DNA of 64,000 nucleotides, taken from positions 141,591 to 205,590 of the forward strand of contig JAJYWN010000060.1 of assembly GCA_021791495.1 (NCBI GenBank). The letters run 5' to 3'. The stretch is from Bacillota bacterium (GTDB lineage Bacteria; Bacillota; Sulfobacillia; JAJYWN01). A program made the position numbers and the translations under genes. Shown piece after piece: positions 8,360 to 16,541 of the stretch (positions are counted from its first letter, which is position 1; every line of letters begins with the position of its first letter). Below the pieces are notes generated by a model. The model was not told where the DNA came from and did no database searches. It saw nothing but the letters and a program-made list of their open reading frames with translations.

Positions 8360-10135
8360 CTATTGCCTATCGAAGCCCAAGGCCACTCCATCCCGTCGGG
8401 GGTCGGCTCCACCGTAAAAAAGCCCACCGGCACCATCGAACAGGACGCCCTGAGACCCTCCGAAGAAGAGGTCATATTCCTTGCGCACGTTCACCTCGTG
8501 GCCCAGCGCCTTCAGCCCTTCGGCGACCACGGCCGGCACACGTCCCTCCACGTTCAGCACGTCCCCATCAATATGCACGCGGGGCGCGGCAATGGCATCC
8601 TGAAGGCGCATGCCGTGGTCGATCACATTCGAGATGACCTGAGCCACAGCGGTGATGATGCGTTTGCTCCCCGGAGAGCCGACGGTCATGACGGGCCTTC
8701 CGTCCTTCAGGACCAAGGTGGGGGACATGCTGGACAAGGGTTTCTTCCCGGGGGCGATGCTATTCGGCCCACCCGGCTTGGGGTCCAGGTCGTGCATCTC
8801 GTCGTTCAAGATGAACCCGTAGCCGGGCACGACGATCCCCGACCCGAAGAAGCACTCGATGGTCTGAGTCAGGGCGACCATATTCAGTTCCTCATCCATG
8901 ACCGAGAGATGGGTTGTGCTGTTGCCTTCGTGCAGCCTCGGCCGGCCCGGTCCGACGCCACCGGGCGGGGTGGCCGCCGCCGGGTCAATCTCGCGGACCC
9001 GTTCGGCGGCATAACCCTTGGTGGTGAGACCTTTCAAGGGGATGTCTCGCACGAAGCCCGGATCGCCCATGAAGGCGTCGCGGTCGCGGAAGGCCCGCTT
9101 CTGGACCTCCGCCAAGAGGTGCAGGTGGCGGACGCTGTTATGGCCCATCGCCCCGATGTCGAATTGCTCCAGCATATTGAGGATCTCGATGACATGAGCC
9201 CCTCCCGAACTGGGCGGGCAGGTGGCGATGAGGTCGTAGCCGCGGTAAGTTCCGGCAATGGGGGTCCGGACGGTCGGCCGGTAGGCGGCGAGGTCCTCCT
9301 CGTCCAGGATACCGCCGCCCGCCCCGATCTCGTCCGCGATGGCTCGGGCGACCTCGCCCCGGTAGAAGACGTCGGGACCGTGAGCGGCCACAAGGCGAAG
9401 AGTGCGCCCGTAATCGGGGTTCCGCAGCGTGTCACCGACGTCAAGGAGGTCGCCATTCCTCTTCAGGTAAATGCGGGCTATTTCCGGGAAGGCCCGTAGT
9501 TTCTCGTGCTGGGACTGGGCGTTATTCCGGAAGTTCTGGGTGACGATGATGCCCTCTTCGGCGGCGCGGATGGCGGGGGCCAGCACCTCGGCCAGGGAGA
9601 GGCGGCCGAACTGTTCCAAGGCGAGGCATAGCCCGGCAACGCTACCAGGGACCGCTACGGCCCGGTGCCCTAGCTGGTTCGCGCGACCGACGACCTCACC
9701 GCCCCGCATGGGGTACATGTCGGCCGCGGCCCTTCTCGGGGCGACCTCTCTGTAGTCGATGAAGGTGGTCTCGCCGGTGCGGCTCAGGCGGAGGAGTAAG
9801 AAACCGCCACCACCGATTCCCGAGCAGAACGGCTCCGCCACTCCGATGGTGAAAGCTGCGGCGACGGCGGCATCCACCGCGTTCCCGCCCCGGCGGAGCA
9901 TCTCCACCCCAGCTTGTGAAGCCAGGGGGTGCGCGGTGGCGACCATGCCGTTCCTTGAGGTGACTTCAGGTTTTCCACCCAATGCCCGAGACCTCCCACT
10001 CCTGCGTCCCTTGCTCCAGCCTGTAGCGCGGGCCGTGTGCCGTGTGCCGTCTGCCATATGCAGTCTGCCGGTCCAATCCCACTGGAAGTCACAGGTCCAT
10101 TGTGCAAATGCTGGAACTGTTCTGGAGTTCGGCAT
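8360..10135 (-). CDS. ggt: Gamma-glutamyltransferase
   Basis: Contains AHPLASQAGVEMLRRGGNAVDAAVAAAFTIGVAEPFCSGIGGGGF and the catalytic-Thr motif GNSTTHLSVMD, with the small-subunit region following. The exact start is uncertain. Confidence 0.9.
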   Translation of the reverse strand: MPNSRTVPAFAQWTCDFQWDWTGRLHMADGTRHTARATGWSKGRRSGRSRALGGKPEVTSRNGMVATAHPLASQAGVEMLRRGGNAVDAAVAAAFTIGVAEPFCSGIGGGGFLLLRLSRTGETTFIDYREVAPRRAAADMYPMRGGEVVGRANQLGHRAVAVPGSVAGLCLALEQFGRLSLAEVLAPAIRAAEEGIIVTQNFRNNAQSQHEKLRAFPEIARIYLKRNGDLLDVGDTLRNPDYGRTLRLVAAHGPDVFYRGEVARAIADEIGAGGGILDEEDLAAYRPTVRTPIAGTYRGYDLIATCPPSSGGAHVIEILNMLEQFDIGAMGHNSVRHLHLLAEVQKRAFRDRDAFMGDPGFVRDIPLKGLTTKGYAAERVREIDPAAATPPGGVGPGRPRLHEGNSTTHLSVMDEELNMVALTQTIECFFGSGIVVPGYGFILNDEMHDLDPKPGGPNSIAPGKKPLSSMSPTLVLKDGRPVMTVGSPGSKRIITAVAQVISNVIDHGMRLQDAIAAPRVHIDGDVLNVEGRVPAVVAEGLKALGHEVNVRKEYDLFFGGSQGVLFDGAGGLFYGGADPRRDGVALGFDRQ

Positions 10136-10248
10136 TCCTCTCGCCTAACTCCTTTTTCGGAACCAGTAAGAATGAGGAAGAACGCAGGTGAGCGCGGAGT
10201 GTGGGCATCGATGAGGGCGCCGCCACCGACCTGCGGTGGGCCACCCCG

Positions 10249-11022
10249 TTACCACATGCGGTCGTGAGCGTGATAGTAGCGGTGGTGGTGACCGTGACCG
10301 AGGTGGTGGCACTCATGATGATGGTGGTGGTGATGGTCGTGATGTTGGTGGTCGTCGTCGTGCTCGTGCCCGCAGACCGCATCTCCCGACTCCAGTGTTC
10401 CCGAGGCAAGTTTGGGAAGCACCTCATCCAACGATCCGGACACGCCCGAGATGATCTCCAGGCCGTTGGCCCGCAGAGCCTGCTGGGCCGGGCCACCGAT
10501 CCCGCCCACGACTACCACGGACACCTGATGGTCGCGCAAGAAACCGGCCAGAGTCCCGTGCTGGTGTGGTCCGGGGTTTGGGTAGTCCCGACGGCTGACG
10601 ACCGAGCCTCCGGCGATCTCGACGATGGCGAAACCCGGCGCCCGTCCGAAGTGCTGGGATACTTCGTTACCTTCTAAAGCGATAGCTGCGATCACTGGGT
10701 CATTCTCCTCCTTTTTTCTGGCCGGGGGCTCGACGAACTCGTAGTTGCCGCCCCCGATACGAATGGCTTTCCCCGTTACCAGGGCTGTAGCCACTTTGCC
10801 CCGGGCGGAGCTAACGATACGCTGGAAAGTGCTCTGGGCTACATTCATGCGCCGGGCGCAGGCCTCTTGATCGAGGCCGTCCATGTCGCTCAGGCGAAGG
10901 GCCTCCAACTCATCGACGCACAGGCATTCCTCCTCCAACTCCCGAAGAGGGGTACCGGCGGGTTTGTAGTAGGTCACTTCCGGTCGAAACGCCACGGACC
11001 TGGTCTTAGGCGGCCTTGGCAT
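10249..11022 (-). CDS. Fusion of DUF134 (UPF0251, predicted sigma-70 region-4-like DNA-binding) with a NifX/NifB-like dinitrogenase FeMo-cofactor-binding domain and a His-rich C-terminal tail
   Basis: The N-terminus [25 protein letters not shown] matches DUF134 and starts at an ATG. The middle region ([47 protein letters not shown]) is Nitro_FeMo-Co-like. The tail reads [36 protein letters not shown]. Confidence 0.8.
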   Translation of the reverse strand: MPRPPKTRSVAFRPEVTYYKPAGTPLRELEEECLCVDELEALRLSDMDGLDQEACARRMNVAQSTFQRIVSSARGKVATALVTGKAIRIGGGNYEFVEPPARKKEENDPVIAAIALEGNEVSQHFGRAPGFAIVEIAGGSVVSRRDYPNPGPHQHGTLAGFLRDHQVSVVVVGGIGGPAQQALRANGLEIISGVSGSLDEVLPKLASGTLESGDAVCGHEHDDDHQHHDHHHHHHHECHHLGHGHHHRYYHAHDRMW

Positions 11023-11105
11023 TCCTTCTGCGCACCTCGCGTTCCGGGTTATTATCGATAACTATTCTAGTGGGTTTTTGGGTATTTATCAATAACAGTT
11101 TTCTC

Positions 11106-11924
11106 CTACAGCCTCAAGTCTCTTCGTCTGAAGATCAGCACTGCCGCAGTCAGGAAGACGATGGTCGTGGCGGCCAAGATCGCGGCATGCTCCCAGACCC
11201 CGGACGCCGACTCCACGAGTTTGGCCGGGTCGTAGTGCCCAAAGATAGTCCAGGCCGTGAGCGCGTTCTCCCGGCCCGAAGCCCGGAGCGCCACCGTCAG
11301 GACATACAGGGCTGTGGATACTCCCAAACCCGTGAAAAGGGTTCGGGTGTAGTCTGGCACAAACACGGAGATGAGCAGGAGCAGCGCGGCAACGGCCATG
11401 ACGGCGAGCCAGGCCACCGAAACCGTGCGCAGCGCCACCCAGGCGGGGAACTCCTCGCCGATGCTGGCGATGCCCACCCAGGCCCCGCCGAAGACGACCA
11501 GGTGCAGGATGGCCAGGTTCAGTGCCAACCCGACGAAGCGGGTGAGCACCAGGCGGGCTCGGCTGATGGGTTGGGCGAAGAGGAACTCGGCCGTGCCCCG
11601 CTCGATTTCCTTACTGATGATGCCCGCCACGACGATGGAAACGTAAATGGAGGCCAGCATCGGGAGATAGCTGAGCAGTTCCAGGCGGAGCCACCCCGCC
11701 ACCGTCCGGCTGGACAGTTCCCCACCCACTAGGGCTTTCAGGCCGGCCGGCATGTGGTTCAGATACTCCAGCAGGGGCTGCCAATCGTGCTCCGTGCTCT
11801 TGTAGAAGGCGGAGATGTAATAGGCGTAGGCCGCCAAGCCGACAGCCCAGCCCACCAGGGCGCCGCGCTCGGCCCGCCAGTAGTTCCGGAACACGGTCAG
11901 GGTCTTCATGAAGGTCAGCTTCAT
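11106..11924 (-). CDS. ABC-2 type transporter permease
   Basis: A 272-aa protein with six transmembrane segments. Its start overlaps the ATPase stop by 4 nt. Confidence 0.7.
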   Translation of the reverse strand: MKLTFMKTLTVFRNYWRAERGALVGWAVGLAAYAYYISAFYKSTEHDWQPLLEYLNHMPAGLKALVGGELSSRTVAGWLRLELLSYLPMLASIYVSIVVAGIISKEIERGTAEFLFAQPISRARLVLTRFVGLALNLAILHLVVFGGAWVGIASIGEEFPAWVALRTVSVAWLAVMAVAALLLLISVFVPDYTRTLFTGLGVSTALYVLTVALRASGRENALTAWTIFGHYDPAKLVESASGVWEHAAILAATTIVFLTAAVLIFRRRDLRL

Positions 11925-12913
11925 CTCTGCTCACCTCCGACGCCAGCACCGGAATCGCCGCTGTAGAACTGCATGAACACCTCTTCCAGGGTCGGGTCCT
12001 CCACGCGCAGGTCCTGAAGAGAAGAGGAAGCCAGCCTCTCAAGGAGCGGACGGAGGTCGCCCGTCACCTTCAAGGTGATCCAACCGCTCTGGGCGGCGCC
12101 GCCGGCGTGGTCACGAACCCCGGCTGCCGGCCCCGACCCGTTTTCCACCAAGCGTACGCCGGGGATGGTCAAGAAATTGGGCCGGCCGCCGGAACCGGGC
12201 TCACCTCCTCCGGAGCCCGCAGCCGTGCCAAACCGGGCAGTGACCGTCTTGAAGTGCATTCCGCGCAGGGACGACACCTCGTCGACCTTGACGACCACCC
12301 CTTCGCGGATAATAGCCACACGGTTGCACAAGGATTCGACCTCGGCCAGGTTATGAGACGACAGGAAGACGGTCTTCCCACGCGCCGTCTCCTCGCGCAG
12401 CAGGTCGGCCAGCACATGCTGTACCAGAGGGTCTAGACCGGTGCTGGGCTCGTCCAGGACCAACAGTTCGGGGTCGTGGGCCAGGGTGGCGACGATGGCG
12501 ATCTTCTGCCGCATTCCCCTGGAGCACTGTTTCACTCGGAGGCCAAGGTCAACTCCGAGTCGGCCGGCCAGGGAGCGGGCCCGCGAGCGGTCGCGTAGCC
12601 CCCGGGTGGCGAGGACGAAGTCCACCAGGTCCCAGCCGCGCAGATGGGGGTACAAACTGGCGTCGCTGGGGAGGTACCCGGTCCGGGCTCGGATGGCCAG
12701 CGTATCCCGGTCGACGTTCAGACCGAAGACGTGGGCGGTGCCGCCGGTCCGGAGCAACATCCCCAGGAGGAGGCGGATGGTCGTTGTCTTGCCGGCACCG
12801 TTGGGGCCCAGGAAACCGAAGATCTCGCCCTTTTCCACGGTAAGGGTCACATCCTCAATACCACGCTGGCGCCCATAGCTCTTGCTCAGCTTGACGGTCG
12901 CTATGACTGCCAT
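11921..12913 (-). CDS. ABC transporter ATP-binding protein, partner of the ABC-2 permease
   Basis: Contains Walker A GPNGAGKTTT, the signature CSRGMRQK and Walker B LLVLDEPSTGLD. The preferred start is ATG at 12913, which has a GGAGGAGG RBS 10 nt upstream. The longer GTG-start ORF reaching 13051 is rejected. Confidence 0.85.
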   Translation of the reverse strand: MAVIATVKLSKSYGRQRGIEDVTLTVEKGEIFGFLGPNGAGKTTTIRLLLGMLLRTGGTAHVFGLNVDRDTLAIRARTGYLPSDASLYPHLRGWDLVDFVLATRGLRDRSRARSLAGRLGVDLGLRVKQCSRGMRQKIAIVATLAHDPELLVLDEPSTGLDPLVQHVLADLLREETARGKTVFLSSHNLAEVESLCNRVAIIREGVVVKVDEVSSLRGMHFKTVTARFGTAAGSGGGEPGSGGRPNFLTIPGVRLVENGSGPAAGVRDHAGGAAQSGWITLKVTGDLRPLLERLASSSLQDLRVEDPTLEEVFMQFYSGDSGAGVGGEQR

Positions 12914-12939
12914 GGCTCTGACCTCCTCCTGAAACACAA

Positions 12940-12978
12940 ACAAAAGGACCTCACAGGGAGGTCCCTCACGCCCGTACT
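12940..12978 (-). terminator. Rho-independent terminator/attenuator hairpin inside the 5' leader of the ABC-2/DUF134 operon
   Basis: Minus strand: GGGACCUCCCUGUGAGGUCC (7-bp stem) followed by UUUUGUUUGUGUUUC. It sits about 25 nt upstream of the ATPase RBS. Confidence 0.45.
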
Positions 12979-13367
12979 GCTTGAACCCGGGAGCCTCCGA
13001 TGATTGGGGTTTGGCACAGCACGACCTGGTCCTGAACTGCGGTCCTGCCACATTAGGTACGCCTTGCGGCGGTATCTGCTACACCCGTTGGAGTCTCTCG
13101 ACCTTTCCGGGCAGTGGCTTTAGCCAGTACTGGAGCCTCACTTAACAAGGGAGCGGTATTCTGTTTTGCTTCCAGTGTCTGGACATTATACGAGGGTCCG
13201 CGGGCGAAGTTCCATAGGGTCTCGACTCTATTGCGTTTCCGCACCATCAGGGCGTCTACGCTACTTCCCTTGTGCCTGCCGTCAATCCATCAGCCCCGAC
13301 AAGGAAGCTAATTCCACTCCTGGAAAGGGATTCTCTTTGGTTCTCCCCTAATCTTTATCGGGAGGGC

Positions 13368-13399
13368 TTGACCTTCCCCTTAGGGCAAGGCTTTACGAT
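13368..13399 (+). promoter_or_regulatory. MerR-type promoter: -35 TTGACC, ~19-bp spacer containing an imperfect dyad, -10 TACGAT
   Basis: Sequence is cTTGACC ttcCCTTcCCCTtAGGGcAAGGct TTACGAT. Inside it is a 9-bp inverted repeat (CCTTCCCCT / AGGGCAAGG, one mismatch). It lies 35 nt upstream of the MerR-family gene RBS GGAAGGAGG. Confidence 0.4.
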
Positions 13400-13432
13400 G
13401 ATGGCGGATGCGGAAGGAGGCGCCGGTTAGAA

Positions 13433-14233
13433 ATGTACACGGTCGGTCAGATGGCGCGGATCTGCAATGTCTCCACGAAGACCCTCCGCCACTACGACGA
13501 AATCGGCCTGTTCCGGCCGGCCGCCGTGGGGGCGGACAACCAGTACCGGTATTACACGCACGAGCAGATCCCCGTGATCCGGAAAGTCCTGTTCCTGCGC
13601 GATCTCGGAGTACCCTTGGATGACGCCAAGGGGTTGATCGAGGACGGCTCTATGGATGATCCGGCACGGCTGGCCGCTTTCCTCCAGGAACGGGCCGGTG
13701 TGGTGCGTGGCGAGATCGACTCCCGGCTGCATCTCCTTTCGCGCATCGAACAAGCCACCGCCCAGTTGGGGCGGGAGAAGGAGTGGATGAGGGTGGAACA
13801 GCAAGCGGTTACCTTGAAAGACCTTCCCGAAGTGCAAGTCGTCGGGGTCCGGAAGACGATCCCCATCGGCGAGATCGGCGGGCTGTTCGGGCAGGCGGCG
13901 AGACAGATGCGGTCGCGGCCGGCGGGGCCGCCCATGACCCTTTACTATGACCAGGATTTCGACCCGGAGAAGGCCGATGTCGAAGTCCTGTTCCCGGTAG
14001 TGGCGCGTGGGCAGCGTACGCTTCCGGCCACCAAAGTGGTGTCTACCGTTCACGTCGGTCCTTACGACCGAATCAGCGGGAGCTACGCCGCCATCTTCGA
14101 CTGGGTGAACCGTAACGGCTGGCGGCAAGCTGGGCCGCCGCGCGAGATCTACTTGGTGGGACCGGAGTCCAAAAAGCGCCCGGAAGAGTACGCTACGGAG
14201 ATACAGATTCCGGTCGAGTCCTCTGACAGGTGA
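13433..14233 (+). CDS. MerR family transcriptional regulator with a C-terminal GyrI-like (BmrR/AraC-effector-type) ligand-binding domain
   Basis: MYTVGQMARICNVSTKTLRHYDEIGLFRPA..YRYYTHEQI is the MerR HTH plus coiled coil. The 160-aa C-terminus is GyrI-like. Confidence 0.85.
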   Translation: MYTVGQMARICNVSTKTLRHYDEIGLFRPAAVGADNQYRYYTHEQIPVIRKVLFLRDLGVPLDDAKGLIEDGSMDDPARLAAFLQERAGVVRGEIDSRLHLLSRIEQATAQLGREKEWMRVEQQAVTLKDLPEVQVVGVRKTIPIGEIGGLFGQAARQMRSRPAGPPMTLYYDQDFDPEKADVEVLFPVVARGQRTLPATKVVSTVHVGPYDRISGSYAAIFDWVNRNGWRQAGPPREIYLVGPESKKRPEEYATEIQIPVESSDR

Positions 14234-14296
14234 GCGGACGGCGGGCGAGCCGAATTCGTTCGGCAAGCATAACGACGTGTGAGTGGTCATCTGTAC

Positions 14297-14323
14297 GGGA
14301 GGGGGGCGCCGCGCCCCCCTCCC
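14297..14323 (+). terminator. GC-rich perfect hairpin downstream of the MerR-family gene, with no U-tract
   Basis: gggaggggggcg ccg cgcccccctccc forms a 12-bp perfect stem. Confidence 0.35.
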
Positions 14324-14464
14324 TGTGTGAGTGAGTAGCCGCGCCACTCTTGGGACACGAGTGGGATGTTGATTCCTGGCAAATTCCTGGAAGGTCTCTG
14401 TCCAGTGGGGGAGAATTGAAGTATGTTCTGGACATAGCGTTATCGCTCGAAGGAAGGCTAGTAC

Positions 14465-15805
14465 ATGATCACGGTGGAGTCAGGTAGAAGCGCACGGGGG
14501 TGGCTCCCGCGCATCGCCGCCGGTGCCGTTTGGCTTCTGCCCCTGGCCGCCCTCTATGCAGTGGCTCGGGTTAGCTATCTCCTTTTTCACATCTCCGCGG
14601 AGATCTTTGCGATCCTGGTGGCCATACTCATCCACATCCTGGCCACGCGCACGTACAAGCACTCCAACAGTGACTTCCTCCTGTTTTTGGGACTGTCGTA
14701 CATCTGCATCGCCTTCCTCGACTTTGCCCACACCCTTACCTATAGCGGGATGAACGTCATCGCCGTCGACTCGCCCAACGTCCCCACGCAGCTGTGGATC
14801 GCCGCCCGATCCCTTCAAGCGGCGGTTCTGCTGGCAGCCACGTTCGTCATGCGACACCGCGTCCGACGCGGTCCGGCGTTGGTCGTGCTGAGCCTGGTTA
14901 CCTTGGGCCTCGGCCTCTCCATCCTGGTCTTCCGGAACTTCCCGACCTGTTACGTGGTGGGTAAGGGACTGACGCCCTTCAAGGTGACGGCCGAAGGTGT
15001 CATCATGGTCGCGATGGCGGCGGCCATGCTCCGCCTCAGAGGGCAGAAGGTGGCTCTGGGTGAGTCGCTGTACGGAGCAATGATGGTCTCCACGGGACTG
15101 GCCATCCTATCCGAATTGGCCTTCACCTTTTATGTGGACGTCTACGGCATACTTAACTTCATTGGGCATGTTCTAAGGATCCTGTCGTCTTTCGTGCTCC
15201 TTTCGGAGGTTGTGGTCCGTGGTATTGACCTGCCGTACCAGACCATCTCCGACGAGTTGAAAGTCGCTTCGACCACGGATTACCTCACCGGCCTTCTGAA
15301 CCGACGTGGGTTCATGGAACTGGCGGCGCGGCGCGTGGACCTGGCCCGGCGCCAGATGAAGGCCGCCGGCCTCCTGCTAATCGATCTGGACGATTTCAAG
15401 GGGGTGAACGATACACTGGGCCACGCTCGCGGGGATGCCGTGTTACGCGGGTTTGCCGACGTCCTCCGGAACTGCGTGCGTGAGTCGGACCTTCTGTCAA
15501 GGCTGGGCGGGGACGAGTTCGTGGTACTGGCAATCACCGATGCGGCCGGAGCGGGGTTAGTGGTCGAACGCCTGAGGGCGGCGGTGGGCGAATGGCAGAG
15601 GGCTGACGACGCCGCGGCCCTCACCAACCTCAGCATAGGTACGGCTGTGTGGGAGGCGGCGCCGGCCGGCGCGATGGAGGCCGAGCTGGACGTGGCACCG
15701 GATGCAGAAGCAAAGGCAGTGGTCGAACGCCTGCTGAAGGCCGCCGATGATCACATGTATCTGGAGAAAAGAGCAAAGCCGGATGTCATCGCCGCGGGCC
15801 GGTGA
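14465..15805 (+). CDS. Integral-membrane sensor diguanylate cyclase (GGDEF domain)
   Basis: About 7-8 N-terminal transmembrane segments are followed by RRGFMELAARRVDLARRQMK..IDLDDFKGVNDTLGHARGD..RLGGDEFVVL, an intact GGDEF motif. Confidence 0.85.
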   Translation: MITVESGRSARGWLPRIAAGAVWLLPLAALYAVARVSYLLFHISAEIFAILVAILIHILATRTYKHSNSDFLLFLGLSYICIAFLDFAHTLTYSGMNVIAVDSPNVPTQLWIAARSLQAAVLLAATFVMRHRVRRGPALVVLSLVTLGLGLSILVFRNFPTCYVVGKGLTPFKVTAEGVIMVAMAAAMLRLRGQKVALGESLYGAMMVSTGLAILSELAFTFYVDVYGILNFIGHVLRILSSFVLLSEVVVRGIDLPYQTISDELKVASTTDYLTGLLNRRGFMELAARRVDLARRQMKAAGLLLIDLDDFKGVNDTLGHARGDAVLRGFADVLRNCVRESDLLSRLGGDEFVVLAITDAAGAGLVVERLRAAVGEWQRADDAAALTNLSIGTAVWEAAPAGAMEAELDVAPDAEAKAVVERLLKAADDHMYLEKRAKPDVIAAGR

Positions 15806-16508
15806 TCTCTTTCTCAACCACTCCCTCACTCACTCCCTCACTCATTCTCTCTCCCACTCTCTCTCCCACTCTCTCTCCCACTCTCTCTCCCACGTCCTAT
15901 GGGTTGGCGGGTCACCCTGCGCCGGCAAGACTTCGGTCGCCGGTGAACTGGGCCGACGGCATGGAGTGCACCTGTACAGCGCCGACGACCACCTGGCGGA
16001 TCACGCCCGGCAGGCCGACCCAGGGAGGCAGCCGTCGCTGCACTCCTTCATGAACCCGGACTGGGACCAGTTCTTGGTCCGGCGTTCCGTTCCCGAGCAA
16101 GTGGAAGAACTACTCGGCGCTTACCGCGAGGAGTGGCCCTACATCGTCCGGGATCTCTTGGCCATGCCCACCGATCACTTGATCCTGGCTGAGGGGGTGG
16201 CTCTTTTGCCCGAACTGGTCACTGCCGTCATCCGCCGACCGAGCCAGGCCCTTTGGATGGTCCCCACCAGCGAATTCGTGCACGACACCTACCCCGCGCG
16301 GCGCTCAGCACTGGTCCGAGACGTGGTGGGGCAGTGCAGTGATCCTGCTTTGGCTTTTGAGAACTGGATGGACCGCGACATGGAGTTCGGATGTCGAGTG
16401 GCGGAGGAAGCCACCAGGCGCGGGCTTCGGGTCATCGTAGTGGACGGAGTCCTCACCATCGAGGAGTTGACGCGGACCGTGGAAACCCATTTCGGGTTGG
16501 ACATATGA
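15783..16508 (+). CDS. P-loop NTPase/kinase-like protein with an N-terminal (His-Ser-Leu-Thr/Ser)n repeat
   Basis: The ATG at 15783 overlaps the GGDEF stop (ATGtcatcgccgcgggccggTGA), implying translational coupling. No other in-frame start lies between the repeat and Walker A (VGGSPCAGKTSV). Confidence 0.6.
   Translation: MSSPRAGDLFLNHSLTHSLTHSLSHSLSHSLSHSLSHVLWVGGSPCAGKTSVAGELGRRHGVHLYSADDHLADHARQADPGRQPSLHSFMNPDWDQFLVRRSVPEQVEELLGAYREEWPYIVRDLLAMPTDHLILAEGVALLPELVTAVIRRPSQALWMVPTSEFVHDTYPARRSALVRDVVGQCSDPALAFENWMDRDMEFGCRVAEEATRRGLRVIVVDGVLTIEELTRTVETHFGLDI
15821..15894 (+). repeat. In-frame 12-bp tandem repeats (CACTCCCTCACT x2, then CACTCTCTCTCC x4-5) encoding HSLT/HSLS
   Basis: Read directly in the sequence. 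Confidence 0.8.
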
Positions 16509-16541
16509 CCGGGCACTCCGTGGCGCGAAGCGGTCGAGTGC

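Noticed and set aside
12914-13051. GTG-initiated 5' extension of the ABC ATPase ORF (MAGPQFRTRSCC...)
   Set aside because: An internal ATG at 12913 with a perfect GGAGGAGG RBS begins the conserved ABC N-terminus. The extension would translate through the terminator hairpin.
12980-13200. ykkC/guanidine-I riboswitch in the ABC operon leader
   Set aside because: Blocks resembling GGUCGAGAG and CCCGGAAAGG are present but in the wrong order and spacing relative to the ykkC consensus. The element is left as an unclassified candidate.
13427-14347. 306-aa ORF on the minus strand overlapping the MerR-family gene
   Set aside because: It is a shadow ORF typical of high-GC DNA. It has no recognisable domains and a Pro/Arg-rich composition. 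The plus-strand gene has a clear MerR HTH and RBS.
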